Assembly: GCF_009914755.1 (NCBI RefSeq)
Contig: NC_060926.1
Reading direction: 5' to 3' (one strand)
DNA length: 64,000 nt
From: the human T2T-CHM13v2.0 reference genome, Homo sapiens
Shown: one piece after another, positions 26,910 to 39,594 of the stretch
How positions within the stretch are numbered: position 1 is the stretch's first letter
Layout: each line of letters begins with the position of its first letter
Notes under the pieces: generated by a model
Seen by the model: the letters and a program-made list of their open reading frames with translations, nothing else
The model's database searches: none
Told to the model about the DNA's origin: nothing
Position numbers and translations under genes: made by a program

Positions 26910-29900
26910 TTAAATAGACTTTTGAGAGAAGTTTTAGGTTCAGAGCAAAATTGAACAGAAAGTACAAAATTCCTATATACCTTTGACCCCACATACACAC
27001 AACCTCTCCCACCATCAAAATCCTGTCCCTGTCCTGTTACAATCGATGAACCCCTATATTATCACCCAATGTCCATAGTTTATATTAGGGTTCACTCTTG
27101 GTGTTGTATATTCCTTGGGTTTTGGCAAATATATAATAACATACATCTACAGTATCATAGAGAATAGTTTCACTGCCCTAAAAATCCTCTGTGCCCTGCC
27201 TACTCATCCCTCCTTCCTGTCTAAACCCTGACAACCACTGATCCTTTTACTGTCTCCATAGTTTTGCCTCTTCCAGAATGACAAATAGTTGAGATCATAC
27301 TGTAGGTAGTCTTTTCAGATTGGCTTCTTTCACTTAGTAATAGCCACTTAAAGTTCCTCCATGTCTTTTCATGGCTTGATAGCACGTGTCTTTTTAATAC
27401 TGAATAATATTCCATTGTCTGGATGTACCATAGTTTATTTATCCATCATCTGCTGAAGGACATCTTTGTCACTTCCAAGTTCTGGCAATTATGAATAGAG
27501 CTGCTGTAAACATTTTTGTACAGGATTTTGTGTGGACGTAAGTTTTCAACACTTTTGTGTAAATACCAAGGAGTGTGATTCCTGAACTGTATAGTAAGAG
27601 TATGTTTAGTTTGGTAAGAAGTGGAAACTGAAACTGTCTTCCACAATGGTTATACTATTTTGCAGTCCCACCAGCAACAAATGAGAGTTCCTATTGTTCC
27701 ACTTCCTCATCAGCATTTATTGTTGTCATCAGTGTTTTGGATTTTGGCCATTCTAATAGTTATGTAGTGGTTTTAATCTTGTTGTAATTTGCAGTTCCCT
27801 AATAAATAACATATGATGTTGAACATCTTTTTATAAGCCTCAGATACTTGAGCTTTTTTTGGTAAGGTATTTGTTCAGGTCTTTTGCCCATTTTTTAATC
27901 AAGTTGTTTGTTTCCTTATTGTTGAGTTTTAAGGTTCTTTGCATATTTTGGATAATGGTCCTTTATCAGACGTGTCTCTTGAAAATATTTTCTTCCACTC
28001 TGTGTCTTTTCATTCTTCTCAGTGTCTTTTTCAGGACAGAAGTTTTTTTATTTTAATGAAGTCCAGCTTATCAATTCTTTCTTTCATGGATTGTGCCTTT
28101 GGTGTTATATCTTGTTTTATTTTATTAGCTAGGACTTCCAGTACTATTGAAAAGGAGTGATGAGAGAGAATATTCTTGCCTTATTCATGATCTTAGCAGG
28201 AAAACTAGTTGCTCACCATTAAGTATGGTGTTAGCTGTATGTTTTTTATAGATGTTCTTTGTCAAGTTAGGGAAATTCCCTTCTATTCCTGGTTTACTGA
28301 GAGTTCTTATCATAAGTGAGTGTTGGATTTTGTGAAATGCTTTTTCTGTATCTATTGATATGATCATGTGATTTTTCTTCTTTAGGTTGTTGATGTGATG
28401 GATTATGTTGATATTTGAATGTTAGACCAAACTTGCATACCTGGGATAAATCCCATTTGGTTGTGTATAATTGTTTTTATTCATTGTTGCATTCAAATTT
28501 GCTAATATTTTGTTGAGGATTTTTGTATCTGTGTTCATGAGAGATACTTGTCTGTAGTTTCCTGTTCCTGTAATGTCTTTGCCTGATTTTGGTATTAGGG
28601 TGATGCTGGCCTCAGAATGAGTTAGGAAGTATATTCTCTTCTTCTATCTTCTGAGAGAGATTTTAGAGAATTAGTATACTTTCTCCCTGAAATGTTTCCT
28701 AGAATTGAACCCATCCTGGCTTGCTGTTTTCTGTTTTGAAAGGTTATTTATTATTGATTCAATTTCTCGGTTTTGGCAGATTATGTCTTTTAAGGAATTG
28801 ATCCATTTCATTTAGATTATTGAATTTGTGGGCATAGAATTCATAATATTCCTTTATTATTCCTTTAACGTTCATAGGATCTATAATGATGTTCCTGCTT
28901 TCATTTCTGACATTAGTAGTTTGTGTCTTCTTTTTTTCTTAGTTAGCCTGGTTAGAGGCTTATCAATTATATTGATGATTTCAAAGAGCTAGCTTTTGGT
29001 TTCATTTATTTCTTTTGTTTACTTTCTATTTTCAGTTTCATCGATTTCTGCTCTAATTTTCATTATTTCTTTTCCACTGCTTACTTTGGATTTAATTTGC
29101 TGCTCTTTTTCTAGTTTCCCATGGTGGAAGCTTAGATTATTAATTTTAGATCTTTCTTATTTTTAAATATATGCATTCATTGTTATGAATTTCCCTCTAA
29201 ACACTGCTTTCACTGTATCCTGCAAATTCCATTAAGCTGTATTTTAATTTTCATTTAGGTCTAAAATATTTTAAAATTTCTCTTGAGATTTCCTCTTTGA
29301 CCTATGCTTTGTTTAGAATTATGTTGCTGTATCTCCAAGTATTTTGGGATTTTTCCAGTTATTGTTATAAATTTCTAGTTTAATTCCATTGTGACCTGAG
29401 AATGGATATTATATGATTTTTACTCTTTTAAGTTTGTTAAGATGTGTTTTATGACCCAGAATGTGGTTTGTTTTGGTGAATGTGCTACGTAATCATGAGT
29501 AAAATGTATATTCTGCTGTCGTTGGATGAAGTAGTAAATACATGTCAGTTATTTTCAGCTAGTTGATGGTTACGTTGAATTCCAATTATGTCCTTACTGA
29601 TTTTCTGCATGCTGGATCTGTTCATTTTGTGATAAAGGAGTATTGAAGTATCCAACTTCAATAGATGAATTATGGATTCATCTATTATTCCTTGCATTTC
29701 TATCAGTTTGTTTGTTTGTTTGTTTGTTTTTGAGACAGGGTGGAGTGCAGTGGTGCAATCTCTACTCACTGCAACCTCTGTCTCCTGGTTTCAGGTGATT
29801 CTTGTGCCTCAGCCTTCTGAGTGCTGGGACTACAGGTAGATGCCACCATGCCTGACTAATTTTTGTATTTTTTGGTAGAAATAGAGTTTCACCATGTTGG

Positions 29901-30452
29901 CCATACTGGTCTTGAGCTCCTTATCAGGTGATCCGCCTGCCTTGGCCTCCCAAAGTGTAAGGATTACAGGCGTGAGCCACCATGCCTGATTATCTATCGG
30001 TTTTTGCCTTATGTATTTGGTGCTCTGTCATTAGGTGCGTACACATTAAGGATTGGTTATGTTTTCTTGGAGAATTGACACTTTTATTATATGTAATGCT
30101 CCCCTTTATGCCTGATAATTTTCCTTGCTCTGACGCCAGCTCTCTGTGAAACTAACATAGCTATTTCTGCTTTCTTTTGGTTAGTGTTAGCATGATATTT
30201 ATTTTTTCATCCCTTACTTTTCATTTATATCAATCTTTATATTGAAAGTAGCTTTTTGTAGACAACATATTGTTGGGTTTTCTTTTTTGATCCACTCTGA
30301 CAGTCTCTGCCTTTTAATGGGTGTATTGAGACCATTGATGTTTAAAGTGATTATTGATACAGTTGGATTAATAGCTACTGTATTTGTTACTGTTTTCTAT
30401 TCATTGCCCTTGTTTTTTGTTCCTCTTTTTGTCTTCTACTCTTTTTTCCTGC
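26910..30452 (-). mobile_element. Old L1 (L1MC1-like) 3' end and ORF2 remnant, interrupted by an Alu at 29707-29989
   Basis: GTTTTAGGTTCAGAGCAAAATTGAACAGAAAGTACA...ATTAGGGTTCACTCTTGGTGTTGTA 3' signature; ORF2-like peptide MIISIDTEKAFHKIQH. Confidence 0.8.
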
Positions 30453-30454
30453 CT

Positions 30455-30953
30455 TTTTTTTTTTTTTAAGACAGGGTCTTGCTCTGTTGCCCAGGCTGGT
30501 GTGCAGTGGTGCAGTCTCATCTCACTGCAACCTCCACCTCCTGGGCTGAAGTGATCCTCCCAACTCAGCCTCCCAAGTAGCTGGGACTGTAGGTGTGTGC
30601 CACCACACCTGGCTGATTTTTTTCTTTAGTGTGTGTGTGTGTATTTTTTTTTTTTTTTTGAGGCGGTGTCTCGCTCTGTCACCCAGGCTGGAGTGCAGTG
30701 GGCAATCTCGGCTCACTGCAACCTCTGCCTCCTGGGCTCAAGCAGGGCTCGAGCAATTCCCCTGCCTCAGCCTCCCAAGTAGCTGGGATTACAGGTGCCC
30801 GCCACCATGCCTGGCTAATTTTTGTATTTTTAGTAGAGATGGGGTTTCACCATGTTGGCCAGGCTGGTCTGGAACTCCTGACCTCAAGTGATCCACCTGC
30901 ATCGGCCTCCCAAAGTGCTGAGATTACAGGTGTGAGCCATGGCACCTGGCCAA

Positions 30954-31000
<47 letters not shown>
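30455..31000 (-). mobile_element. Alu right arm, (TG)n, full Alu (30644-30951), (TG)~22
   Basis: Reverse Alu motifs and TG runs read directly. Confidence 0.88.
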
Positions 31001-31003
<3 letters not shown>

Positions 31004-32728
31004 AATTTAAAAAGTTTTATTTTCATTTCAGGGGCACATGTGCAGGTTTGTTATATAGGTAAATTGTGTGTTGTGGTTTGATGTGCCAGATTATTTCATC
31101 ACCTGAGGAATAAGCACAGTACCTAATAGGTAGTTTTTTGATCCTCACCTTTTTCCTATCTCCACCCTCACGTAGGCCCAGTTTTTGTTCTCTTCTTTAT
31201 GTCCATGTGTACTTGATGTTTAGCTCCCACTTGGAAGTAAGAACATGCAGTATTTGGTTTTCTGTTACTGTATTAGTTCACTTAGGATAATGGCCACCAG
31301 CTCCATCCATGTTGTTGCAAAGGACATGATCTCATTCTTTTTTAAGGCTGTGTAATATTCCATGGTATATACATACCACATTTTTTCCTATCTAATCTAC
31401 TGTTGATGGACATGTAGGTTGGTTCCATGCATTTGCTATCGTGAATAGTGCTGTGATGAACATATGCATGCATGTGTCTTTATGTTAGAATGATATATAT
31501 TCTGGGTATATACCCAATAATGGGATTGCTGGGTGAAAAGGTAGCTCTGTTTTAAGTTCTTTGAGAGATCGCCAACTGATTTCCACAGTGGCTGAACTAA
31601 TTTACATTCCCACCTACAGTGTATAAACATTCCCTTTTTTTCTGCAGCTTCACTGGCATCTGTTATTTTTTGACTTTAACAATAGCCATTCTGACTGGTG
31701 CAAGATGGTATCACATTGTGGTTTTGATTTGTATTTCTCTAATGATTAATGATGGTGAGCATTTTTCATGATTGTTGCTGCATTTATATCTTCTTTTAAA
31801 AAAATGTCTGTTCATTTCCTTTGCCCATTCTTTAATGGGATTGTTTGTGTTTTGCTTGTTAATTTAAGTTCCTTGTAAATTCTGGATACTAGACCTTTGT
31901 CAGATGCATAGTTTGCAAATATTTTCTTCCATTCTGTGAGTTGTCTGTTTACTGTGTTGATAGTTTCCTTTGCTGTGCAGAAGCTCTTTAGTTTAATTAG
32001 GTTCCATTTGTCATTTTTTGTTTTTGTTGCATTTCCCTTTGGCATCTTTGTCATGAAATCTTTTCCAGGGCCTATGTTATCTTTCAGGGTTATCTTCCAG
32101 GGTTTTTATAGTTTTAGGTTTTATGTTTAAGTATTTAGTCCATCTTAAGTTGATTTTTTTGTATATGGTGTAAGGAAGGGGTTCAGTTTCAATCTTCTGC
32201 ATGTGGCTAGCTAGTTACCTCGGCACCATTTATTGAATAAGGAGTCTTTTCTCCATTGCTTGTTTTTGTTGACTTTGTTGAAGATCAGATGGTGGTCGGT
32301 GTGTGGCTTTATGTCTGGGTTCTCTATTCTGGTCCATTGGTCTATGTGTCTTTTTATAAAAGTACCATGCTATTTTGGTTACTGTAGCCTTGTAGTGTAG
32401 TTCCAAGTCAGGTGATGTGATACCTTCAGCTTTGTTCTTTTTGATTAGGATTGCCTTGGTTGTTTGGGCTCTTTTTTTTTTGTTCCATATGAACTCTAAC
32501 ATAGTTTTTTCTAATTCTATGAAGAATGTCATTGTTAGTTGATAATAGCATTGAACCTGTAAATTGCTTTGGGCAGTATGGTCATTTTAATAATATTGAT
32601 TCTTCCTGTCCATGAGCATGGATTTTTTTTTTCCATTTGTTTGTGTCAATTGTTATTTCTTTCAGCAGTGTTTTTCAATTCTTGTTGTAGAGATCTTTTA
32701 TCTCCCTGGTTAGCTGTATTCCTAGGTA

Positions 32729-32762
<34 letters not shown>

Positions 32763-34299
32763 TGTCTGTCTGTCTTTTGTAAATGGGATTGCATTCTTGA
32801 TGTGGCGCTCAGCTTGGATGTTGTTGGTGTATAGAAATGCTTCTGATTGTTATATATTGATACTGTATCCTGAAACTTCGTTGAAGTTATTTATCACATC
32901 TAGGAGTTTTTGGGCAGAAACTTTGGGGTTTTCTAGATATAAAATCATATTGTCTGCAAATAGAGAGAGTTTGACTTCCCCTCTTCCAATGGAATGCCTT
33001 TTATTTCTTTCTCTTGCCTGATTTCTCTGGCTAAGACTTCCAGTAATATATTGAATAGGAGTGATGAGAGTGGGCATCCTTGTCTTGTTCTAGTTCTCAA
33101 GGGTATGCTTCCAGCTTTTGCCCATTCAGGATTATGTTGGCTGTGGGTTTGTCGTAGATGGCCCTTATTATTTTGAGGAAAATTATTCCATGCCTAGTTT
33201 ATTGAGGGTTTTTTTCAAACATGAAGGATATTGATTGTTATCAAAAGCCTTTTCTGCATCTATTGAGATAATCATGTGGTTTTTGTTTTTACCCCTCTTT
33301 TTGTGATAGATCACATTTATTGATGTGTGAATGTAAGACCAGCCTTACATCCCAGCGATAAAGCCTACTTGATTGTGGTAGATTAAATTTTTGATGTGCT
33401 GCTGGATTTAGTTTGCTAGTATTTTGTTGAGGATTTTGTATCTGTGTTCATCAAGGATATTGGCCTGAAGCTTTTTTTGTTTGGTTTCTGTTTGTGTGTC
33501 TCTGCCAAGTTTTGGGATCAGAATGATGCTGGCCTCGTAGAATGAGTTAGGGAGGAGTTCCTTCTCAATTTTTTGGAATAGTTTCAGTAGGAATGGTACA
33601 ACCTCTTCTTTATATGTCTGGTAGAATTTGGCTGTGAATCTTTCTGGTGTTGGACTTTTTCTGGTTGCTAGTCTTTTTATTACTGATTGAATTTCAGAAC
33701 TCGTTTTTGGTCTGTTCAGGGTTCCAGTTTCTTCCTAGTTCAATCTTAGGAGGTTGTACTTTCCAGGAATGTATCTATTTCTTGTAGGTTTTCTAGTTTG
33801 TGTGCATAGAAGTGTTTGCAAGAGTCTCTGAGTTTTTTGTTTTTTTTTTTCTGTGGATTCAGTGGTAATATCTTCTTTATCATTTCTGATTGTATTCATT
33901 TGGATCTTCTCTTTTTTTTTCTTAGTCTAGCAGTGGCCTATCAATCTAATTTATTCTTTCATAGAACCAACTTCTGGTTTCATTGATCTTTTGTGTTTTT
34001 TTTCCTTCTCGGTTATATTTAGTTCAGCTCTGATTTTGGTTATTTCCTGTCTTCTGCTAGCTTTGGGGTTGATTTGCTTTTGTTTTTCTAGTTCTTCTAG
34101 GTGTAATGTTAGGTTGTTAATTTGAGATCTATTTTTTTGATGTGGGCAGTTAGTGCTATAAACTTTCATCTTAACACTGCTTTAGCTATGCCCCAGAGAT
34201 TCTGGTATGTTGTATTAATTTCTTGATTTCTGACTTAATTTCATGTTTATCCAGAAGTCATTCAGGAGCAGGTTATTTAATTTTTATGTAGTTGTATGG

Positions 34300-34663
34300 T
34301 GATATGGTTTAGCTCTGTGTCCTCAGCCAAATCTCATCCCAAATTGTAATCCCCACATGTAGAGGGAGGGACCTGGTGGGAGGTGACTGGATCATGGGGA
34401 TGGTTTCTCCCATGCTGTTCTTGTGATAGTGAGGGAGTTCTCATGAGATCTGATGGTTTTAAAAGTGGCAGTTTCCCCTGCACACTTTCTCTCCTGCTGC
34501 CATGTAAGATGTGCCTTGCTTCCCCTTCACTTTCTGTCATAATTGTAAGTTTCCTGAGGCCTACCCAGTCATGTGGAGCTATAAGTCAATTAAACCTCCT
34601 TTGTTTATACGTTACCCAGTCTCAGGTAGTATCGTTATAGTGGAGTGAGAACAGACTAATACA
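34300..34663 (+). mobile_element. THE1D-like solo LTR inside the L1
   Basis: TGATATGGTTTAGCTCTGTGTC...GACTAATACA; TSD tatgg / aatgg. Confidence 0.9.
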
Positions 34664-35153
34664 AATGGTTTTGAGTGATCTTCTTAGTGTTAATTTCTGT
34701 TTTTATTGTGTTGTGGGTCCAAGGGTGGTTGGTATTATTTTGGTTTTTTTGAATTTGTTGAGAATTGTTTTATGGCTGATTGTGTGGTCAATTTTAGAGT
34801 ATGTGCCATGTGAAGATGAAAAGAATGTCTATTCTGTTTTTTTTTGTTGTTGAGACTTCTGTGGATGTCTGTTAGGTCTACTTGTCCAAGTGTTGAGTTC
34901 AGCTCCTGAATGTCTTTGTTAGTTTTTTGCCCTGATGATCTGTCTAATACTGTCAGTGGGTGTTGAAGTTTCTTGCTATTATTGTGTCATTATCTAAGTC
35001 TCTTTGTAGGTCTCCAATAACTTGTTTTATGAATCTGGGTGCTTCTTTGTTAGGTGTATATATACTTAGTATAATTAAATTTTCTTGTTGAATTAAACCC
35101 TTTACCAGTATGTAATGCTCTTTTGTGTCCGTTACGTAATGCTCTTGTCTTTT

Positions 35154-36354
35154 TATATTTTTATTTTTAATTTTTGTGGGTACACAGTAGGTATACATAT
35201 TCCCAGGGCACATAAGATGCCATGATATAGGCATGCAATGCCTGTATCAAAAAAGCACATCATGGAGATTGGGGCATCTTTCCCTACAAGCACCCCCTTA
35301 TCTGCGTTACAAACAATCTTAACTACATTCCTTAAGCCATTTAAAAATGTACAATCAGGTTATCATAGACCAAAATCACCCTATTGTGCTATCAGACAAT
35401 AGGTCTTATTCATTCTTTCTATTTTTTTTGTACCCCTGAACCATCCCCACTTCTCCTCCAGCCCCTCACTACCCTTCTCAGCCTCTGGTGACCATCCTTC
35501 TACTCTCTATGTCCATGAGTTCAATTGTTTTAATTTTTAGACACCACAAATAACTGAGAACATGTGATATTTGTCTTTTTGTGCCTGGCTTATTTCATGT
35601 CACTTAACATGATGACTTCCAGTTCCATCCTTGTAGTTGCAAATGACTGGATTTTATTCTTTTTTATGGCTGAATAGTACTCCATTGTGTACACGTACCA
35701 CATTTTCTTTATCCATTCATCTGTTGATGGACACTTATGTTGCTTCCAAATGTTAGCTATTGTAAATAGTGCTGCTTCAAACATAGGAGTGCAAATATCT
35801 CTTTGGTATACTGATTTTCTTTCTTTTGGGTGTATACCCAGAAATGGGATTGCTGGATCATATGGTAGCTCAATTTTTAGTTTTTTGAGGAACCTCCAAA
35901 CTGTTCTCCATAGTGTTGTGCTAATTTACATTCCATGAACAGCATATGAAGGTTCCCTTTTCTCTACATCCTTGTCAGCATTTGTTATTGTCTATTTTTT
36001 CATATAAGCCATTTAACTGGGGTGAGATGATATCTCATTGTAGTTTTGATTAGCATTTCTCTGATGATCAGTGATGTTCATTTGCCTGTTGGAATTTGTA
36101 TGTCTTCTTTTGAGAAATGTCTGTTCAAGTCTTTTGCCCATTTTCGATGGGATTATTAGTATTTTTTCTATAGAGTTGTTTGAGCTCCTTACATAGTCTT
36201 GTTATTAATCACTTATCAGATGGGTAGCTTGCAAATATTTTCTCCCATTCTGTGGGTTGTCTCTTCACTGTTTCCTTTGCTGTGTGGAAGCTTTTTAACT
36301 TGATGTGATCCCAGTTTTCCATTTTGCTTTGGTTGTTTATGCTTTTAGGGTATT
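35154..36354 (-). mobile_element. 5'-truncated L1MA-type element inserted in the L1PA
   Basis: TTTAATTTTTGTGGGTACACAGTAGGT 3' end; peptide [25 protein letters not shown]; TSD-like gctct(t)tgtctttt on both sides. Confidence 0.8.
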
Positions 36355-39300
36355 GCTCTTTGTCTTTTCTGATTGTTGTTGGTTTAAAGTCTGTTTTGTT
36401 TAAAATTAGAATAGCAATCTCTGCTTCTTTTTGTTTTGTGTTTGCTTAGTAGATTTTTCTCCATCCCTTTACTTTTAGTCTACGGATGTCATTTTATGTG
36501 AAATGGGTAGGTATCTTGAAGACGGTATACAGTTGGTTCTTACTTCTTTATCCGACTTCGTACTCTGTGCCTTTTAACTGAGACGTTTAACCCATTTACA
36601 TTCAAGGTTAATACTGACGTGTGGATTTGATCCTGTCACCATGTTGTTAGCTGGTTATTATGCAGACTTGATTTTGTAGTTGCTTTATAGTGTCAATAGT
36701 CTGTGTACTTAAGTGTGTTTTTGTTGTGACCAGTAATGGTTTTTCATTTCTGTATTTAGCACTCCCTTAAGGACCTCTTGTAAGGCTGGTCTGGTGGTAA
36801 CAAATTCCTTTAGCATTTGCTTATTTGAAAAGGGTCTTATTTCTTCTTTGCGTATGATGCATAGTTTGGCTGGTTATAAAACTCTTGGTTGAAGTTTCTT
36901 TTCTTTAAGAATACTATATTTTGGCCCCCAGTCTCTTCTGGCTTAGACAGTATTTGCTGACAGGTATGCTGTTAGTCTGGTGGAGTTCCCTTTGTAGGTG
37001 ACCTGCCCCTTCTCTCTGGCTGTCTTTAATATTATTTATTTTATGTTGATCTGGGTGAATGTGATGACTGTGTATCTTGGGGATGATTGTCTCATATAGT
37101 ATCTAACAGGGGTTCTATGTATTTCCTGAATTTGAATGTTGGTCTGTCTAGTGAGGTTAGGGAAATTTTTGTGAAGTGAATGATATCCTTAAATATATTT
37201 TTCAAGGTGTTTACTTTCTCACTCTTTCTTTCAGGGATGCCCATGAGTCATAGATTTGGTCCCTTCACATAATCCCATATTTGTTGGAGGTTTCATTCAT
37301 TCTTTGTTTTTTTTTTTTTTTTTTTTTTTTTTTTGTCTGACTGGGTTAATTCAGAGAATCAGTGTTCAGGCTCTGAGATTCTTTCCTCAGCTTGGTTAAT
37401 TCTGCTGTTAATACTTGTTATGATATCGTGAAATTCTTGTTGTGAGTTTTTTAGCTCTATCAGATGAGTTTGGTTATTTCTTAAGATGACCATTTTATCC
37501 TTTGGCTTCTGTGTTATTTTATTGTATTCCTCAGATTCCATTGATTGAGTTTCAACTTTCTCCTGAATCTCCACGATCTTTGTTCCTATCCATTTTCAGA
37601 ATTCTATGTCTGTCATTTCAGCCATTTCATCCTAGTTAAGGACCATTGCTGGGGAACTTGTGTGGTTGTTTGGAGGTAAGAAGACACTCTAGCTTTTTGA
37701 ACTGCCAGAGTTCTTGTGCTGTTTCTTTCTCATCTGTGTGGGCTGATATTCCTTTAATCTTTGAAATTGCTGTCCTCTGGATGAGTTTTTTTGCTTTTAT
37801 CTTCTTTGCTGCCATTGGGGGTTTGATTGTGGTCTAAAGTGGGTTCAGTTGACTAGGTTCAGTTGACTACTATGCTGTGTGCTCTAATTCTGTGGGGCTG
37901 GTATGGGGCCCCCAGCTTTGTTCCTTGACACCTTTGTGTTAGGAACCTGGTGTGCTGAAGGGGCCAAGGTGTTCCCGGTCCACTGACCTCAGTACTCTGA
38001 TGGGGGGTGCCAGCCAACACCTTTCCTCAGGGCCGTGGCAGTGGGATCCATGCTGGCTTGTGTGTGCCAGAAGCTGCAGTGGCGCAGTGGGGTGCACATG
38101 TGTTGGTTGGGGTGGGGTGCCAGTAGGAGCCTTTGCATTAAGTTTTCATAGGCACTATATCCTGGCAAAATATTTTACCATTGTATTTTGGGCTGTGAGC
38201 CAGTAGGCACCATTTAAGAATGTTAGCCAGCAGATAGGCTCTTACCGTACTGCAAAGCTTTTTTGTTTTAGCACAGTGGGTAGGAGTGCTCTATGTTGGG
38301 GGTTAGAGAGATGACTCCCTTACCTAGTTTGTTCCGGTGCCTTGGAGGAGGCCCCTCCAATCACTGGCTCTGTGCTTGCATTTCTTTTGTTAGGAGTTCT
38401 GGTTCATGAGGATCCCTCAGGCAGGGGCCACGGTTGGCACATAGGCCATATCCTTGCTGTTTCCTGTGGAGGGAGGCACACTCCGGTCCTCCACCAGCCT
38501 GTGAACCCAGGCATCTTCTCTCACTGACCTGAAAGTGAGGGCTCCTCCCTGCTTGGGTACAGCAAACAAGCAAGCTCTCCTTGGCTAGGAGCCGTGAGGG
38601 TGAGTGAGGTCACCTAATGTTCTGTCTGGGTGCTTCCTGGGGGAATATGGGGTTGTGCCTGCCTGCAGAGTTCAGACAGAAGTGGGACCATTCTGCTGGA
38701 AGCTCTAGCATGCCTGGCCCCTCTGCCTACCAGTGGTGGAGGTAGGTGGAGATGCCTGCCCTGCTGTCCGGGTGTTATCCTGGGGCAAAAGGATATTGTG
38801 CCCCTTGGCAGAATTCAGATAGAAGAAGGACCAGTGGACTGGAAGCTCTAGCAGGCATGGCCTGCCTGGCTACCGGCTTTGGGGGTGGGTGGAGTGGCCT
38901 CCCCTGCTGTCCAGGTGTTTCCCAGGACAACAGGAGGTTAAGTCTGCCTGCTGAGTTCAGGCAGAAGCAGGACTGCTGGGTTGGAAGCTCTAGCAGGCGT
39001 GGCCCACCTGGCTATGAGCCGACTGGGAGAGTGGAGTCACCTTCCCTGCCGTCTGGGTGTTTCCCAGTACAGCAGGAGGCTGTGGCTGCTGGCTGACTTC
39101 AGGCAGAAACAGGACCACTGGGCGGGAAGTTGGCACTGAGCCTTGTCTATCAAGGGCGGGGTGAGGGCGGCTGGAGCAATCTTATTGCTTCCAGGCACCC
39201 TGACTGTGGCCTCTACTGGGGTTATGTCACTGGTGCCAGTTTTTTCTGGGGTCCAAGGCTTGTATAGGTGTCCTTGGACTTGAGAGTTGCCTCTGGAAAA

Positions 39301-39594
39301 TCTCCAGGTGGCTCTCTGCTTCAGTTTAGAAGCATGGTTGGGTGTGCAGGGGCCTAGAAGGATTCTCCCATTCCCAGTCCTGCACAGGTCCTTGTGGAAA
39401 GTGTGAATCCCCTGAGGGGCTCTCACTCACCACTCCCTTGTTGGGGAGCTTCTCATGGGTCTGTGTTGACTCCAGATAGGCTCCTGCGCAGCTTCACTCC
39501 TCTTTGCTCTCTGTGTCCCCTTGCTGCCTTGATGGATCCCGGAGTAGTTTCATGGATGATCAGCTTGTAGGATCAGTGTTGAGTTTGTTTCCCT

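Larger units (their letters stand above)
31003..39590 (-). mobile_element. Near full-length L1PA15/16-like LINE-1 (3' UTR, ORF2, ORF1, 5' UTR) with nested inserts
   Basis: 3' signature GGGGCACATGTGCAGGTTTGTTATATAGGTAAATTG; ORF2 peptides ([33 protein letters not shown]); ORF1 coiled coil (SINSRINQAEERISE); GC-richer 5' UTR from ~37900. Confidence 0.85.

Noticed and set aside
38598-39135. Regularly spaced repeats as a CRISPR-like array
   Set aside because: Whole units are homologous with no unique spacers; eukaryotic L1 context
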